A DNA stretch of 64,000 nt from an uncultured Spirochaetota bacterium (GTDB lineage Bacteria; Spirochaetota; Brevinematia; Brevinematales; JAOACQ01). Location of the stretch: assembly GCA_963783575.1 (NCBI GenBank), contig CAWAOD010000009.1, forward strand, positions 288,001 to 352,000. The letters run 5' to 3'. Shown piece by piece: positions 1-9,358 of the stretch; position 1 is the first letter of the stretch, and each line of letters starts with the position of its first letter. A model generated the notes under the pieces. The model was not told the origin of the DNA and searched no databases. It saw nothing but the letters and a program-made list of their open reading frames with translations. The translations under genes were made by a program, and so were the position numbers.

Positions 1-1
1 G

Positions 2-352
2 ATACATAAAGATTCAAAATTTATAGGCATTTACCTAGACAATCCCAATGTGACGCCGCCGGAAAAATGCCGGTCCTATGCCTGCATATCAGTGGATAAG
101 GATGTTGAAACATCAGGGGAAATAGGCAAACTGGAAATACCTGGCGGAAAATATTTTATTGCTTCTTTCGAAGGAAAAACTTCAGAGATCTATCAATTTT
201 ATACTGAAATTTATAACTGCCATCTTCCGTCGAAAGGATACGAACCCTGGGATTTTCCGGATTTAATGGTTTACAACACAAAGCCTGGCGAGTTCCGTGA
301 AAACGGATTGATAAAATTTGACACCTATATTCTGGTAAAACCAATTGTCTGA
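2..352 (+). CDS. GyrI-like small-molecule-binding domain, probably the C-terminus of an AraC-family regulator; 5' end outside the window
   Basis: Frame is open from base 2 (IHKDSKFIGIYLDNPNVTPPEKCRSYAC...IPGGKY). The DNP.VTPPEKCR.AC and PGG.Y motifs are typical of GyrI-like domains. Confidence 0.75.
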   Translation: MHKDSKFIGIYLDNPNVTPPEKCRSYACISVDKDVETSGEIGKLEIPGGKYFIASFEGKTSEIYQFYTEIYNCHLPSKGYEPWDFPDLMVYNTKPGEFRENGLIKFDTYILVKPIV

Positions 353-406
353 AATCCTCTCTCATCTGTTCTTCACCGGCTTTTTGTTTTATAATTGGAG
401 GAACAA

Positions 407-1960
407 ATGAAAGCAGAAGAATTATCGAAAAGACAGCATATTTTAACTATGCTCGGAGTGATGCTCGGGGTACTGTTGAGCGCGCTGGACAGTACCATTG
501 TCGGCACATCCATGCCGAAAATCATAAAAGACCTTCGTGGAATGGAATACTACGCGTGGCCATTCACGGCATATATGCTTATCTCAACCATTTCAATCCC
601 TATTTTCGGTAAACTTGCGAATCTATTCGGGCAAAAGAAGATTTATATAACCGGGCTTGTTGTGTTTATGGCCGCTTCAATGCTTTGCGGACTTTCTAAA
701 AATATGGTATTCCTTATTGTATTTCGAGGCCTGCAGGGACTTGGCGGCGGAATTCTTGTCGCTAATGCTTTTGGCATTGTAGCAGAAATTTATACTTTAC
801 AGGAAAGGGGCAAATATATGGGAATATTGGGATCCATGTTCGGGATCTCGAGTATAATCGGCCCGGGAATAGGCGGGTTTATAACGGATTCCCTGGGCTG
901 GCATTGGATATTTTATGTAAATATGCCGGTAGGATTATTTTCCATATTAGCGATTATTTCGGGGCTTCCTGGGGCGGTTGAGCATACCGAAAAACGCCCG
1001 GTAGACTGGCCGGGAATCATCACGCTTACGGCTGGGCTGGCGCCGCTTTTACTGGCACTTTCATGGGGGGGAAGCCAATATTCATGGGTTTCGTTAAATA
1101 TAATAGGCCTGTTCATTACCTCTATTCTGTTTATCAGCCTGTTTGTCGTTGCAGAAAAAAGGGCCAGGGAACCGATATTCCCTCTCTTTCTATTCGAAAA
1201 ACCGGTTTTTACACTGACTTCGCTTGCGGCCTTTTTTTCGAACGGGGCATTTTTCTGCGGCATACTCTTTCTCCCGTTGTATTTGCAGGAAGTGCGGGGT
1301 GCGTCAGCCTCGGCCTCAGGACTGGCAATTATGCCGATGACCCTCGCGTTTGTTATTGGGAGTGTTGCCGGCGGTCAGATAGTTTCCGGAATGGGGAAAT
1401 ATAAAATTTTATCCCTAGCAGGACTCTTAATTTCGGCACTTGGTTTGGTAATTCTGGCATACCTGCCGGAAAAGCCCGGATTTTGGATAATTTCAGGTTC
1501 AATGATTATAATGGGGCTTGGGCTTGGAATAAATATACCTATTTTTAATATCGCAGTTCAAAACTCCTTTTCACCCAAATATATTGGGCTTTTAACCTCA
1601 GCCGTCCAGTTTTTCAGAAATGTCGGCGGAGCGGCGGGGGCGGCAATCCTTGGAACGCTTCTCGCTATCGGCATAACCGCGGGGACGCAAAAAATGGATT
1701 GGGGGAAAATTCCTGTTGAAAGACGGGCACAGATTTCAAGCACTCATTTTTTTACAAACCCGATGCTTGTAAAAGAGGTTCGTGAAAATCTTCCGGAAAT
1801 CGCAAAACCTGAATTCGACTCAGTCATACAAAGACTGATAGGCATACTCGGCAGTTCTGTTAAGCGTAATTTTCTTGCCGGGGCTTTTTTCTGCATTGCC
1901 GCTTTTATTCTAGTATTGTTTACAAAAGAGATGCCGTTCCAAACGAAACGGAATGGATGA
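407..1960 (+). CDS. MFS DHA2 (EmrB/QacA-type) multidrug efflux transporter
   Basis: About 14 hydrophobic segments; LDSTIV, FRGLQGLGGG, GPGIGGFITD and WHWIFYVN motifs; GGAGG RBS before ATG 407. Confidence 0.9.
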   Translation: MKAEELSKRQHILTMLGVMLGVLLSALDSTIVGTSMPKIIKDLRGMEYYAWPFTAYMLISTISIPIFGKLANLFGQKKIYITGLVVFMAASMLCGLSKNMVFLIVFRGLQGLGGGILVANAFGIVAEIYTLQERGKYMGILGSMFGISSIIGPGIGGFITDSLGWHWIFYVNMPVGLFSILAIISGLPGAVEHTEKRPVDWPGIITLTAGLAPLLLALSWGGSQYSWVSLNIIGLFITSILFISLFVVAEKRAREPIFPLFLFEKPVFTLTSLAAFFSNGAFFCGILFLPLYLQEVRGASASASGLAIMPMTLAFVIGSVAGGQIVSGMGKYKILSLAGLLISALGLVILAYLPEKPGFWIISGSMIIMGLGLGINIPIFNIAVQNSFSPKYIGLLTSAVQFFRNVGGAAGAAILGTLLAIGITAGTQKMDWGKIPVERRAQISSTHFFTNPMLVKEVRENLPEIAKPEFDSVIQRLIGILGSSVKRNFLAGAFFCIAAFILVLFTKEMPFQTKRNG

Positions 1961-2097
1961 GTTAACTGAAAACCGCTACGATACAGGGAATGATGGGGGA
2001 TTGTTCACAAAATTGACTCCTCGATACATTCGCCTTCGATAAAGCCGGTCAACCCGCTCGACAATTGCGTATCAGGTTTGTTTTCAAAATATTGGAA

Positions 2098-2126
2098 TTG
2101 ACTATTTGGCCTTCAAGAGATATAAT
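2098..2126 (+). promoter_or_regulatory. Sigma70-type promoter for the SDR gene
   Basis: TTGACT-17 bp-TATAAT, about 90 bp upstream of ATG 2217. Confidence 0.55.
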
Positions 2127-2216
2127 ATTTTGAGGTTGAGATATTTTTTCGTACGGGATAGCCAGAAAATTTTAAATGTATTTCATAAAATAGAAATAAA
2201 TGCGGAGGAATAAATA

Positions 2217-3050
2217 ATGAATGGTAAATCAATTGTTATTACCGGGGGAAATACCGGGATAGGCAAGGCCATAGCCATTGAATTATCAAAGCAAAAATTC
2301 CATGTAATAATAGTCAGCCGGAATTTGGAAAAAGGAAAATCAGCTTTAGAAGAGATTAAAAATATATCAAATAATTCTATGGTTGATTTAATTACGGGTG
2401 ATTTAAGCAATATTCAATCAACCAAAGATTTGGCAAATAATATTTTACAAGATTACCCGGGAATTTCTGTTCTCATCAATAATGCCGGGATATGGCCGAC
2501 TAAACTGGAAATTAATAAAGACGGCCTGGAGATTGCATTTATGGTCAATCATCTTGCCCCGCTTATTTTAAGCAATATGCTGTTTGATCAATTGAAAAAG
2601 AACAAACCCGCCCGGATTGTTAATGTTAACGCGGGTTTATATATAAGAGGAAAAATCGATATTGAAAAAACACCGTATGGAAAAGATTTCGGTATGCTCT
2701 CGACTTATATGAATACCAAATTATGCAATATATTTTTTACTCAAAAATTTTCCGAACTAATACAAAATAGCGGCGTTACCGTCAATGCGATTCACCCGGG
2801 AGTCATCCGTACAAATTTAGGCATCAGCGACGGTTTTTTAGGCGGTATTATAAAGATACTTAAGAAAAATCTGGATTTGCCTGAAACAGGCGCAAAACCA
2901 CCTGTCTGGCTTGCCACCAGCCCGGATGTGGAAAACAAAAACGGCAGGTATTTTGATTTATTTTCTGAAAAACCGTATGCGAAAAATGCAACAAATGAAG
3001 AAATGAAAAATAAACTGTGGGATTTAAGCATAAAACTTGCTTCATTATAA
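2217..3050 (+). CDS. Short-chain dehydrogenase/reductase (retinol-DH-like subgroup)
   Basis: TGGNTGIG, LINNAG, YxxxK (YMNTK) and HPGVIRT motifs. Confidence 0.9.
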   Translation: MNGKSIVITGGNTGIGKAIAIELSKQKFHVIIVSRNLEKGKSALEEIKNISNNSMVDLITGDLSNIQSTKDLANNILQDYPGISVLINNAGIWPTKLEINKDGLEIAFMVNHLAPLILSNMLFDQLKKNKPARIVNVNAGLYIRGKIDIEKTPYGKDFGMLSTYMNTKLCNIFFTQKFSELIQNSGVTVNAIHPGVIRTNLGISDGFLGGIIKILKKNLDLPETGAKPPVWLATSPDVENKNGRYFDLFSEKPYAKNATNEEMKNKLWDLSIKLASL

Positions 3051-3072
3051 CGGAAGCATTTGTTTAATATAA

Positions 3073-3374
3073 CCAGTTAACCCAGGGAACAGGATGTTCC
3101 ATGATAGCCACTCATTATTAAAGAGATTGCCGAGCGTTAGCTCAGCAGCGACACGACGTCGCAGGGAACAGAGCCTGTCCTGAACAATAGCGAAAGGGAT
3201 GTTCCATAAGAACTGCACAATTAGAAATTAATAATGCCGAACGCCAGTTTGGCAACAACACGATGCCACAGGGAACAGGATGTTCCATGACAGCCACTCA
3301 TTATTAAAGAGATTGCCGAGCGTTAGCTCAGCAGCGACACGACGTCGAAGGGAACAGAGCCTGCCCTGAGCCTG
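3073..3374 (+). repeat. Tandem array of three-hairpin repeat family A (units 1-3 and left half of unit 4)
   Basis: Recurrent GGAACA-GGA-TGTTCC, GCCGA(A/G)C-N4-G(T/C)T(C/T)(G/A)GC and GCGACA-CGA-(T/C)GTCGC hairpins. 3083-3183 is nearly identical to 3269-3369. Confidence 0.9.
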
Positions 3375-5065
3375 CAGACTGTGTGAAAACACAGTAAATA
3401 TGCTATAATTATTAGAACAAAAATAATCGGAGTAAAAGATGAAGCATATTGAGGGAGAATCAAGGGATCAGATAGTTCTGTTCAATGAAACACTGGAAGA
3501 TCTGTTAGGAGAAGAAGATCCGGTAAGGTTTATAGATATTTTTGTTGATAAGCTAAATATGAAAGGAGTTGGTTTTAAAGTAAAAGAAGCATCAACCGGC
3601 AGAAGTTCATATAAATCCGAAATACTTTTAAAAATCTATATTTACGGATATTTGAATAAAATCAGGACAAGCAGGAAATTAGAGAGAGAGTGCCGAAGAA
3701 ACACAGAGTTGATGTGGCTGACTGGACGACTAGCGCCGGATTTCAAGACGATTGCCGACTTCAGGAAAGATAATAAGAAGGGAATACAGTCGATATTCAG
3801 AGAATTTTTGAAGATATGTCATAAAGCCGGGCTTTTATCATTTGACGTTGTTGGAATTGATGGAACCAAGATCAGTGCGCAAAACCACAATAACAATGTT
3901 TATCATAGGAAAAACATAGAAGAAATCATACATAGAATAGATCAAAAGATCGAAGAATATTTGAATGAGATGGATAAGAACGATAAGGAAGAAAAGAATG
4001 AATTTGAATTTCTTTCCGGAAAGATAGCGGAACGTTTAAAGAAAATGAAAACAAAAAAGGATAAAGTTGAGGCTATTAAAAAGATTTTTGAGGGAAATCC
4101 TGAAATGGAGAAATATTATTCAAATGACCCGGAAAGCCGGTTTATGAATGATAAAGGGAAATCCGACATTGCATATAATCTGCAGATGGCAGTAGATGAT
4201 GCGAATAAACTGATTGTGGCGATTGATGTGACGAATGAAAACAATGATATCAAACAGATGGCAGGAATGTGTGACCGAGTAGAAGAAATAAAGGACGAGC
4301 TTAAGGTAGAGACTGAAACGGTCAAAGTATCGGATGCCGGTTATTACAGCGAACCGCAGATACTGGAATGTATAGATAAGGGACATAACGTATATATGCC
4401 GAATCCGGATGACGGACATAAGGCAAGGATTCGAGGCAAAGAAGATAATAAAGGAGTACCTGCTGAAGAATACCAGGTTGATAAATTCAAATATGATCCG
4501 GGACAAGATGTTTATTATTGTCCGGAGGGAAACCCATTAGTGAGAAATGGGAAAAAAGTAGAGAAGGTCAATGGAGGAAAAGAGATAGTCAGGTACAAGT
4601 GCGGCTTATGCAGCCAATGTGAAGTAAGAAATAAGTGTACTGAAAGCGTGGAAGGACGAAGTATCAAAGTACCAGTTAGAAAAGAAGAAATTGAGAACTT
4701 CAAGAGGAAAATTCGTTCTGAAGCCGGGAAAAAGATCATAGAGAAAAGGAAAGAGATATGTGAACATCCATTTGGATCGATAAAAAGGAATATGGGTTAC
4801 AGTTATTTTTTAATGAAGGGAAAGGATGGCGTTCTGACGGAATCCAGTTTGGCAGGATTCATTCATAATTTAATAAAAGTATTGAATATATTGGGAATAA
4901 AGAGACTTATGACTCTGGTTTGATGCTAATAAACCATCGTTTATCGTATTCGGATAGATTTTTTAAACTAAGATTTTTTTAGCTTGAAAAATATATCAAA
5001 AAATGGAGTTTTTGTATAATTAATCGATTTTACTATAAAATTTTACTGAGTTTTCACACAGTCTG
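3375..5065 (+). mobile_element. IS1182-family insertion sequence
   Basis: 24-bp terminal IRs with one mismatch (CAGACTGTGTGAAAAC[A/T]CAGTAAA) flank a single transposase; no clear target duplication. Confidence 0.92.
3439..4923 (+). CDS. IS1182-family DDE transposase
   Basis: SRKLERECRRN..MWL...PDFKTIADFR (DUF772), IDGTK, DAGY, Cys cluster and RKEICEHPFGSIK motifs. Confidence 0.95.
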   Translation: MKHIEGESRDQIVLFNETLEDLLGEEDPVRFIDIFVDKLNMKGVGFKVKEASTGRSSYKSEILLKIYIYGYLNKIRTSRKLERECRRNTELMWLTGRLAPDFKTIADFRKDNKKGIQSIFREFLKICHKAGLLSFDVVGIDGTKISAQNHNNNVYHRKNIEEIIHRIDQKIEEYLNEMDKNDKEEKNEFEFLSGKIAERLKKMKTKKDKVEAIKKIFEGNPEMEKYYSNDPESRFMNDKGKSDIAYNLQMAVDDANKLIVAIDVTNENNDIKQMAGMCDRVEEIKDELKVETETVKVSDAGYYSEPQILECIDKGHNVYMPNPDDGHKARIRGKEDNKGVPAEEYQVDKFKYDPGQDVYYCPEGNPLVRNGKKVEKVNGGKEIVRYKCGLCSQCEVRNKCTESVEGRSIKVPVRKEEIENFKRKIRSEAGKKIIEKRKEICEHPFGSIKRNMGYSYFLMKGKDGVLTESSLAGFIHNLIKVLNILGIKRLMTLV

Positions 5066-5150
5066 TTAACGAAGGGATGTTCCATGATAGCCACTCTTAA
5101 TCGAAGAGATTGCCGAACGCTAGTTCGGCAGCGACATGATGTCGCAGGGA
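5066..5150 (+). repeat. Right half of repeat family A unit 4, split by the IS
   Basis: GATGTTCCATGA, 23-nt linker, TGCCGAAC-GCTA-GTTCGGCA, GCGACA-TGA-TGTCGC, AGGGA. Confidence 0.9.
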
Positions 5151-5199
5151 GTTAATAACGAAAAATCAACAAAAATATCAGTCAAATGAAAAAGTAAAC

Positions 5200-6126
5200 A
5201 TGCACCCGCGTAATTTGCACCGTTTCGGTTATGATTTTCAAGCTCTTGTTGAGTCCAGTCCCGCATTGGCGGCCTTTGTCCATGTTAACCGTTTTGGGAA
5301 AGAAACTGTCGATTATTCCGACCCCGGGGCGGTCAAAGCCCTCAATGGAGCACTTTTAAAGCATTATTACGGCATCGTTTGGTGGGATATACCCGAAGGG
5401 TATCTATGCCCGTCTATTCCCGGCCGGGCGGATTATATACATACCATTGCCGACCTGCTTGCGGCGGATAGTAAAATCCCCACCGGAGCCCGGGTTTCTG
5501 TCCTGGATATCGGCGTCGGGTCGAATTGCGTTTATCCCATTATCGGCCGGCATGAATACGGCTGGAATTTTGTAGGGACGGATATTAATCCGCGTTTTCT
5601 GGAGTCAGCTGGAAAAATTGTCCGGGCTAATGCTTTACTTACCGGGATGGTAGAATTACGTCTTCAAAAAGATGCTCATTCCATTTTTCGGGGAGTTGTA
5701 AAAACGGGCGATTTCTTTGATCTGACCGTTTGTAACCCGCCATTTCATTCTTCTGAAGAAGAGGCGGGTAAAAGTACGTCCCGTAAACAGAGGAACCTGG
5801 CCTGTAAAAAGAATCCTGCATTAGTACTGAACTTTGGCGGCGGATATTCAGAACTCTGGTGTGACGGCGGCGAAAAGGCTTTTATTAATCAGATGGTAAA
5901 GGAAAGCGCTGAATTCGGCGGACACTGCCTCTGGTTTACAACCCTGGTATCTAAAAAGGACAATCTTACAGGAATATTGAAAGCATTAAAAAACTCAAAA
6001 GCCATGGATATAAGGGTTTTTGATCTGGCACAGGGACAGAAAGTGAGCCGGGTCGCGGCATGGACATTTTTAATACCGGGGGAGCAGGCTGAGTGGGTTA
6101 GAAGGAAGCGGTTATGCAGATATTAG
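5200..6126 (+). CDS. rlmF: 23S rRNA (adenine1618-N6)-methyltransferase
   Basis: HPRN.H, LCP.IPGRADYI, LDIGVG.NCVYP, CNPPF, NFGG...ELWC.GGE and QGQK.SR..AW motifs. Confidence 0.95.
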   Translation: MHPRNLHRFGYDFQALVESSPALAAFVHVNRFGKETVDYSDPGAVKALNGALLKHYYGIVWWDIPEGYLCPSIPGRADYIHTIADLLAADSKIPTGARVSVLDIGVGSNCVYPIIGRHEYGWNFVGTDINPRFLESAGKIVRANALLTGMVELRLQKDAHSIFRGVVKTGDFFDLTVCNPPFHSSEEEAGKSTSRKQRNLACKKNPALVLNFGGGYSELWCDGGEKAFINQMVKESAEFGGHCLWFTTLVSKKDNLTGILKALKNSKAMDIRVFDLAQGQKVSRVAAWTFLIPGEQAEWVRRKRLCRY

Positions 6127-6566
6127 TAGACGCGGACGCGAACCCGAGAATGATACAGGAAACCCTGTATAGGGCGGCTGACCGTTTAAATCTGCCGCTA
6201 TATCTGGTTACCAACCTGCCGCTGAAAAAACCTGATTCCCCTAATGTTTCTATCATTTCCGTCAATATGGACCCGGACGCTGCCGATAACAAAATAATTG
6301 AATTGACGCAGCCCGGCGACCTTGTTATTACTTCCGATATTCCCCTCGCCGACCGGGTAATTGAAAAAGGGGGGATTGTGATTACACCCAGAGGTGAACT
6401 CTTAACAATAAACAATATCAAACAGAAACTGTCTCTTCGCGATCTTTTATATGAATTAAGAAACAGCGAAGTTCATACCGGCGGCCCGCCCGTGTTCAAA
6501 CCAAAGGACGGCCATGCATTCGCGAACCGGCTGGATAGATTTCTTAACTCATACAGGAAAAGTTGA
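6114..6566 (+). CDS. YaiI/YqxD (DUF188) family protein
   Basis: ILVDADA, DAAD..I, DLVIT.DIPLA and TGGP..F motifs. Confidence 0.9.
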   Translation: MQILVDADANPRMIQETLYRAADRLNLPLYLVTNLPLKKPDSPNVSIISVNMDPDAADNKIIELTQPGDLVITSDIPLADRVIEKGGIVITPRGELLTINNIKQKLSLRDLLYELRNSEVHTGGPPVFKPKDGHAFANRLDRFLNSYRKS

Positions 6567-6580
6567 ATAAATGATTATCT

Positions 6581-7009
6581 TCATTCCACATCCTTTATAA
6601 ATGAAATGATTCTGTCCCTAATTTCATCCCTGACTTTTCTTGTCTTATCAAGTTTTTCCTGATAGCTTCCGGTAAAGGACGCCGGGTCTTCGAATTCCCA
6701 ATGGAGCCTTTTTGTGATCCCCGGAAATATAGGGCATCTTTCACCATTTGCGCCGTCACAAACCGTTATGACATAGCTGTATAAATTTCCATTTTTATAA
6801 AAGTCAAAAACGCTTTTGGTTTTATTTCCTGAAATATCTATTCCTTCATCCTTCATGGCATCTATAGCAAGCTGGTTAAGACTTCCCGGTTCAAGTCCGG
6901 CGCTTTCAGCGTAATATCTATCACCGCCCAGACGGTTCAAAAGAGCTTCGGCCATCTGGCTTCGCGCAGAATTATGGACACAGACGAAAAGGACTTTTAT
7001 TTTATCCAT
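6581..7009 (-). CDS. arsC: Thioredoxin-coupled arsenate reductase (LMW-PTP fold)
   Basis: [17 protein letters not shown]...CP.FPG and HWEFEDP motifs; ars context. Confidence 0.9.
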   Translation of the reverse strand: MDKIKVLFVCVHNSARSQMAEALLNRLGGDRYYAESAGLEPGSLNQLAIDAMKDEGIDISGNKTKSVFDFYKNGNLYSYVITVCDGANGERCPIFPGITKRLHWEFEDPASFTGSYQEKLDKTRKVRDEIRDRIISFIKDVE

Positions 7010-7445
7010 ATTGACCCCCTGTTTTAAAGTAATAATTAAAACTAATAATATTAATTATAATCAAAAATTGTTAGAAATTCATTAATTTTCCCATAATTTT
7101 TGTAATTTGATAAATATCTTACAAGGATACGGATATACCTGTACGAAAGTATTCGATTTGAGTGCCGAGAATCTTTTTTAGCCTAAGGAACTGTTTTTGT
7201 CCGGTACAATGGCAGGTATAATTTTTATATCGTGGGTCTTTTGGAATGTATTAAACAGAACAGAGGAAAAATTGTAATTGATGGCTATCAAAATTGCAAC
7301 CAATTCTCGAATAAATATGATTTTGAACCGGTTGATGAATCTGATCCCGTCAAATTAAAAGAAAAATTCTTTAAAGGTAATGATGTTTATAAAATCAACG
7401 GCGCTCATTGTATTATTACCTCAAGGAAAAAATAATTATTGCCCA

Positions 7446-8122
7446 TCAATTTTTCTGTTTATTTGCAGTCTTCAGTTTCTCAATCAAATCCAGCGCGCGC
7501 TGTCTTGCTTCCATTTCCTTATCGCTTAAAGGTCCAATCCATGGTTCTTTAATATTCCAGGTTAAATTGGTATCAATTAAGGGTTCTTCAAAAGCTCCGG
7601 GATCAAATAATTGATAATCCATAAAACTTACTGGTGTTTCCTGATATGAAGACCATATCGCCTTTTTAATCAATAGTCCGTCTTTAAACTGAAGATTGAT
7701 CAGCTTGACCTGCCGCCTGAATCTTTCAATATATTCGACAGGCAGGTTGTATAAATATGCATGCAGAGCATTCGTTCCTTTAATTTTTTTCCTATCGTCA
7801 ATGCCGTGCTCAAACAAAGCGATCAATGCCTCACCCGTTAAATGCCCTGCAGATTCAGGCCCTGCAAGTATTAAATACCTGATATTCGGATTGCCGATTA
7901 TATTGCATATCATTTTTTCAAAACCGATATTCGGGGTTTGAACTGTACCTGATAAAGCGGCCCCTGATTCAATACCAAGCTTTACAATATTATGAATATC
8001 ATCCGGGATTTTGTCTTCATCAGTGTTTAAAATCACAGCTAAAGCAACCGGCGAATAATCATTGCCGCGCATGTATCTTCCGGCCTCCGAGGGGTATGAG
8101 GGATTAGGTTCAACTTTAACAT
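7446..8122 (-). CDS. Soluble MtrA-like (tetrahydromethanopterin S-methyltransferase subunit A-like) putative corrinoid protein; probable true start 8122 is one base out of frame
   Basis: TPNIGFEKMICNIIGNPNIRYLILAGPESAGHLTGEALIAL and IERFRRQV match the MtrA core with its conserved His. No C-terminal TM anchor. Adding one A near 8115 gives MLKVEPNPSYPSEAGRYMRGNDYSP. Confidence 0.85.
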
Positions 8123-8163
8123 TTTATTTTCCTAAAATTATTAGATTCAATAATATTATTAAC

Positions 8164-9111
8164 TTACAGAATCGCATTGAATAAATACCCCGTCAACATA
8201 ATTCCAACCGCTACCACGCTGAAATAGATTATCAGCAGGCGAGGCTTTAAGACCTTCCTCAAAATAATCGCTTCCGGAAAAGACAATGCCGTAACGGCCA
8301 TCATAAAGGATAAAGCAGTCCCTATTGCCATGCCTTTATCCATTAAAACTTTTACAATCGGGATGATTCCGGCGGCATTTGAATATAGCGGTATGCCTAT
8401 TATAACCGCGATTGGCACAGCAAAAAAGTTTGAAGGCCCCGCGGCTTTTGATAGAAAATCCGCCGGCGCGTATCCATGCATAAAGCCGCCGATGGCTATT
8501 CCCACCAGAACATATGGCCAGACTTTCCCGATTATTTCGGAAACATAATCCCTTCCATAAATAAACCTGTCTTTCCAGTTCATTTTTTCAATTTTAGCAT
8601 ACCCGTATTTGATTTTATAAACATAATCCTCAACATGCTTTTCCAGTTTCATTCTTCCAATCGCCAATCCGCTGACAATAGCGATCACAATGCCGCTGGC
8701 AATATAAAGAACAGCGACTTTCCATCCGAAAAGGCCCCAGAGCATGATTAAGGCGACTTCATTGACCATCGGTGATGATACCAGAAATGAAAATGTCACA
8801 CCCAGAGGGATTCCTGCTTCAATGAAGCCGATGAAGAGGGGCACAGCCGAGCATGAACAGAAAGGTGTTACTATCCCCAGCAGGGCCGCAAGAATGTTGC
8901 CTACAAACTCCGGTACTTTTTCCAGTATTTTCTTTGTTCTTTCAGGTGGAAAAAAACTTCTGATAATAGCAATCGCAAAAATAATAACCGCAAGTAGAAA
9001 AAATATCTTTACAGTGTCGTAAATGAAGAAATTCAGCGCAGCCCCGATATGTGAATCCGGCTGAAGGCCAATTATTTTATAAACCAGCCGGTTAACAATA
9101 GTTTTCCACAT
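8164..9111 (-). CDS. arsP: ArsP/DUF318-family permease
   Basis: TPFCSCSAVP, FLVSSP.VN, G.PLYSNAAG and MMAVTALS.PE motifs. Confidence 0.85.
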   Translation of the reverse strand: MWKTIVNRLVYKIIGLQPDSHIGAALNFFIYDTVKIFFLLAVIIFAIAIIRSFFPPERTKKILEKVPEFVGNILAALLGIVTPFCSCSAVPLFIGFIEAGIPLGVTFSFLVSSPMVNEVALIMLWGLFGWKVAVLYIASGIVIAIVSGLAIGRMKLEKHVEDYVYKIKYGYAKIEKMNWKDRFIYGRDYVSEIIGKVWPYVLVGIAIGGFMHGYAPADFLSKAAGPSNFFAVPIAVIIGIPLYSNAAGIIPIVKVLMDKGMAIGTALSFMMAVTALSFPEAIILRKVLKPRLLIIYFSVVAVGIMLTGYLFNAIL

Positions 9112-9114
9112 ATT

Positions 9115-9347
9115 TTAAACTTTTAAGATTCTGATGATCTGATCTTTATCCAGAACCCTCCCTGCGCTTTTAACTATTCCATCTATAGCAAGCGCGGGTG
9201 TTGCCATCACGCCGAATTCCATAATCTTCTCAATTTCAGTAATCTTCTCGATTTCCGCATTTATGCCTGTTGCCGCGATAGCTTCTTTTGCGTTTGCTTC
9301 AAGCTTTTTGCAGTTAGCGCATCCGGAGCCAGAATTTGAATTTTCAT
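9115..9347 (-). CDS. Small redox-active disulfide (thioredoxin-family) protein, about 77 aa; one base missing near 9331; not in the ORF track
   Basis: GAGG RBS, then MKIQI[L] and, after one added base, GSGCANCKKLEANAKEAIAATGINAEIEKITEIEKIMEFGVMATPALAIDGIVKSAGRVLDKDQIIRILKV*. Confidence 0.85.
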
Positions 9348-9358
9348 TATCAACCTCT

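Noticed and set aside
3073..5150. CRISPR array
   Set aside because: The conserved part is ~55 nt, degenerate and multi-hairpin; linkers recur; copies are dispersed; no cas genes are in the window.
3050..5160. Integron attC sites
   Set aside because: A few GTTAAC-like words occur, but there are no paired RYYYAAC/GTTRRRY ends around each unit, no one-gene-per-repeat pattern and no integrase.
7232..7435. 67-aa ORF between arsC and the MtrA-like gene
   Set aside because: No RBS or recognisable motif; possibly a gene remnant, but unsupported.
7446..8122. Methanogenesis or archaeal contamination
   Set aside because: Only a soluble MtrA-like gene is present, with no other mtr subunits, inside a bacterial ars context.
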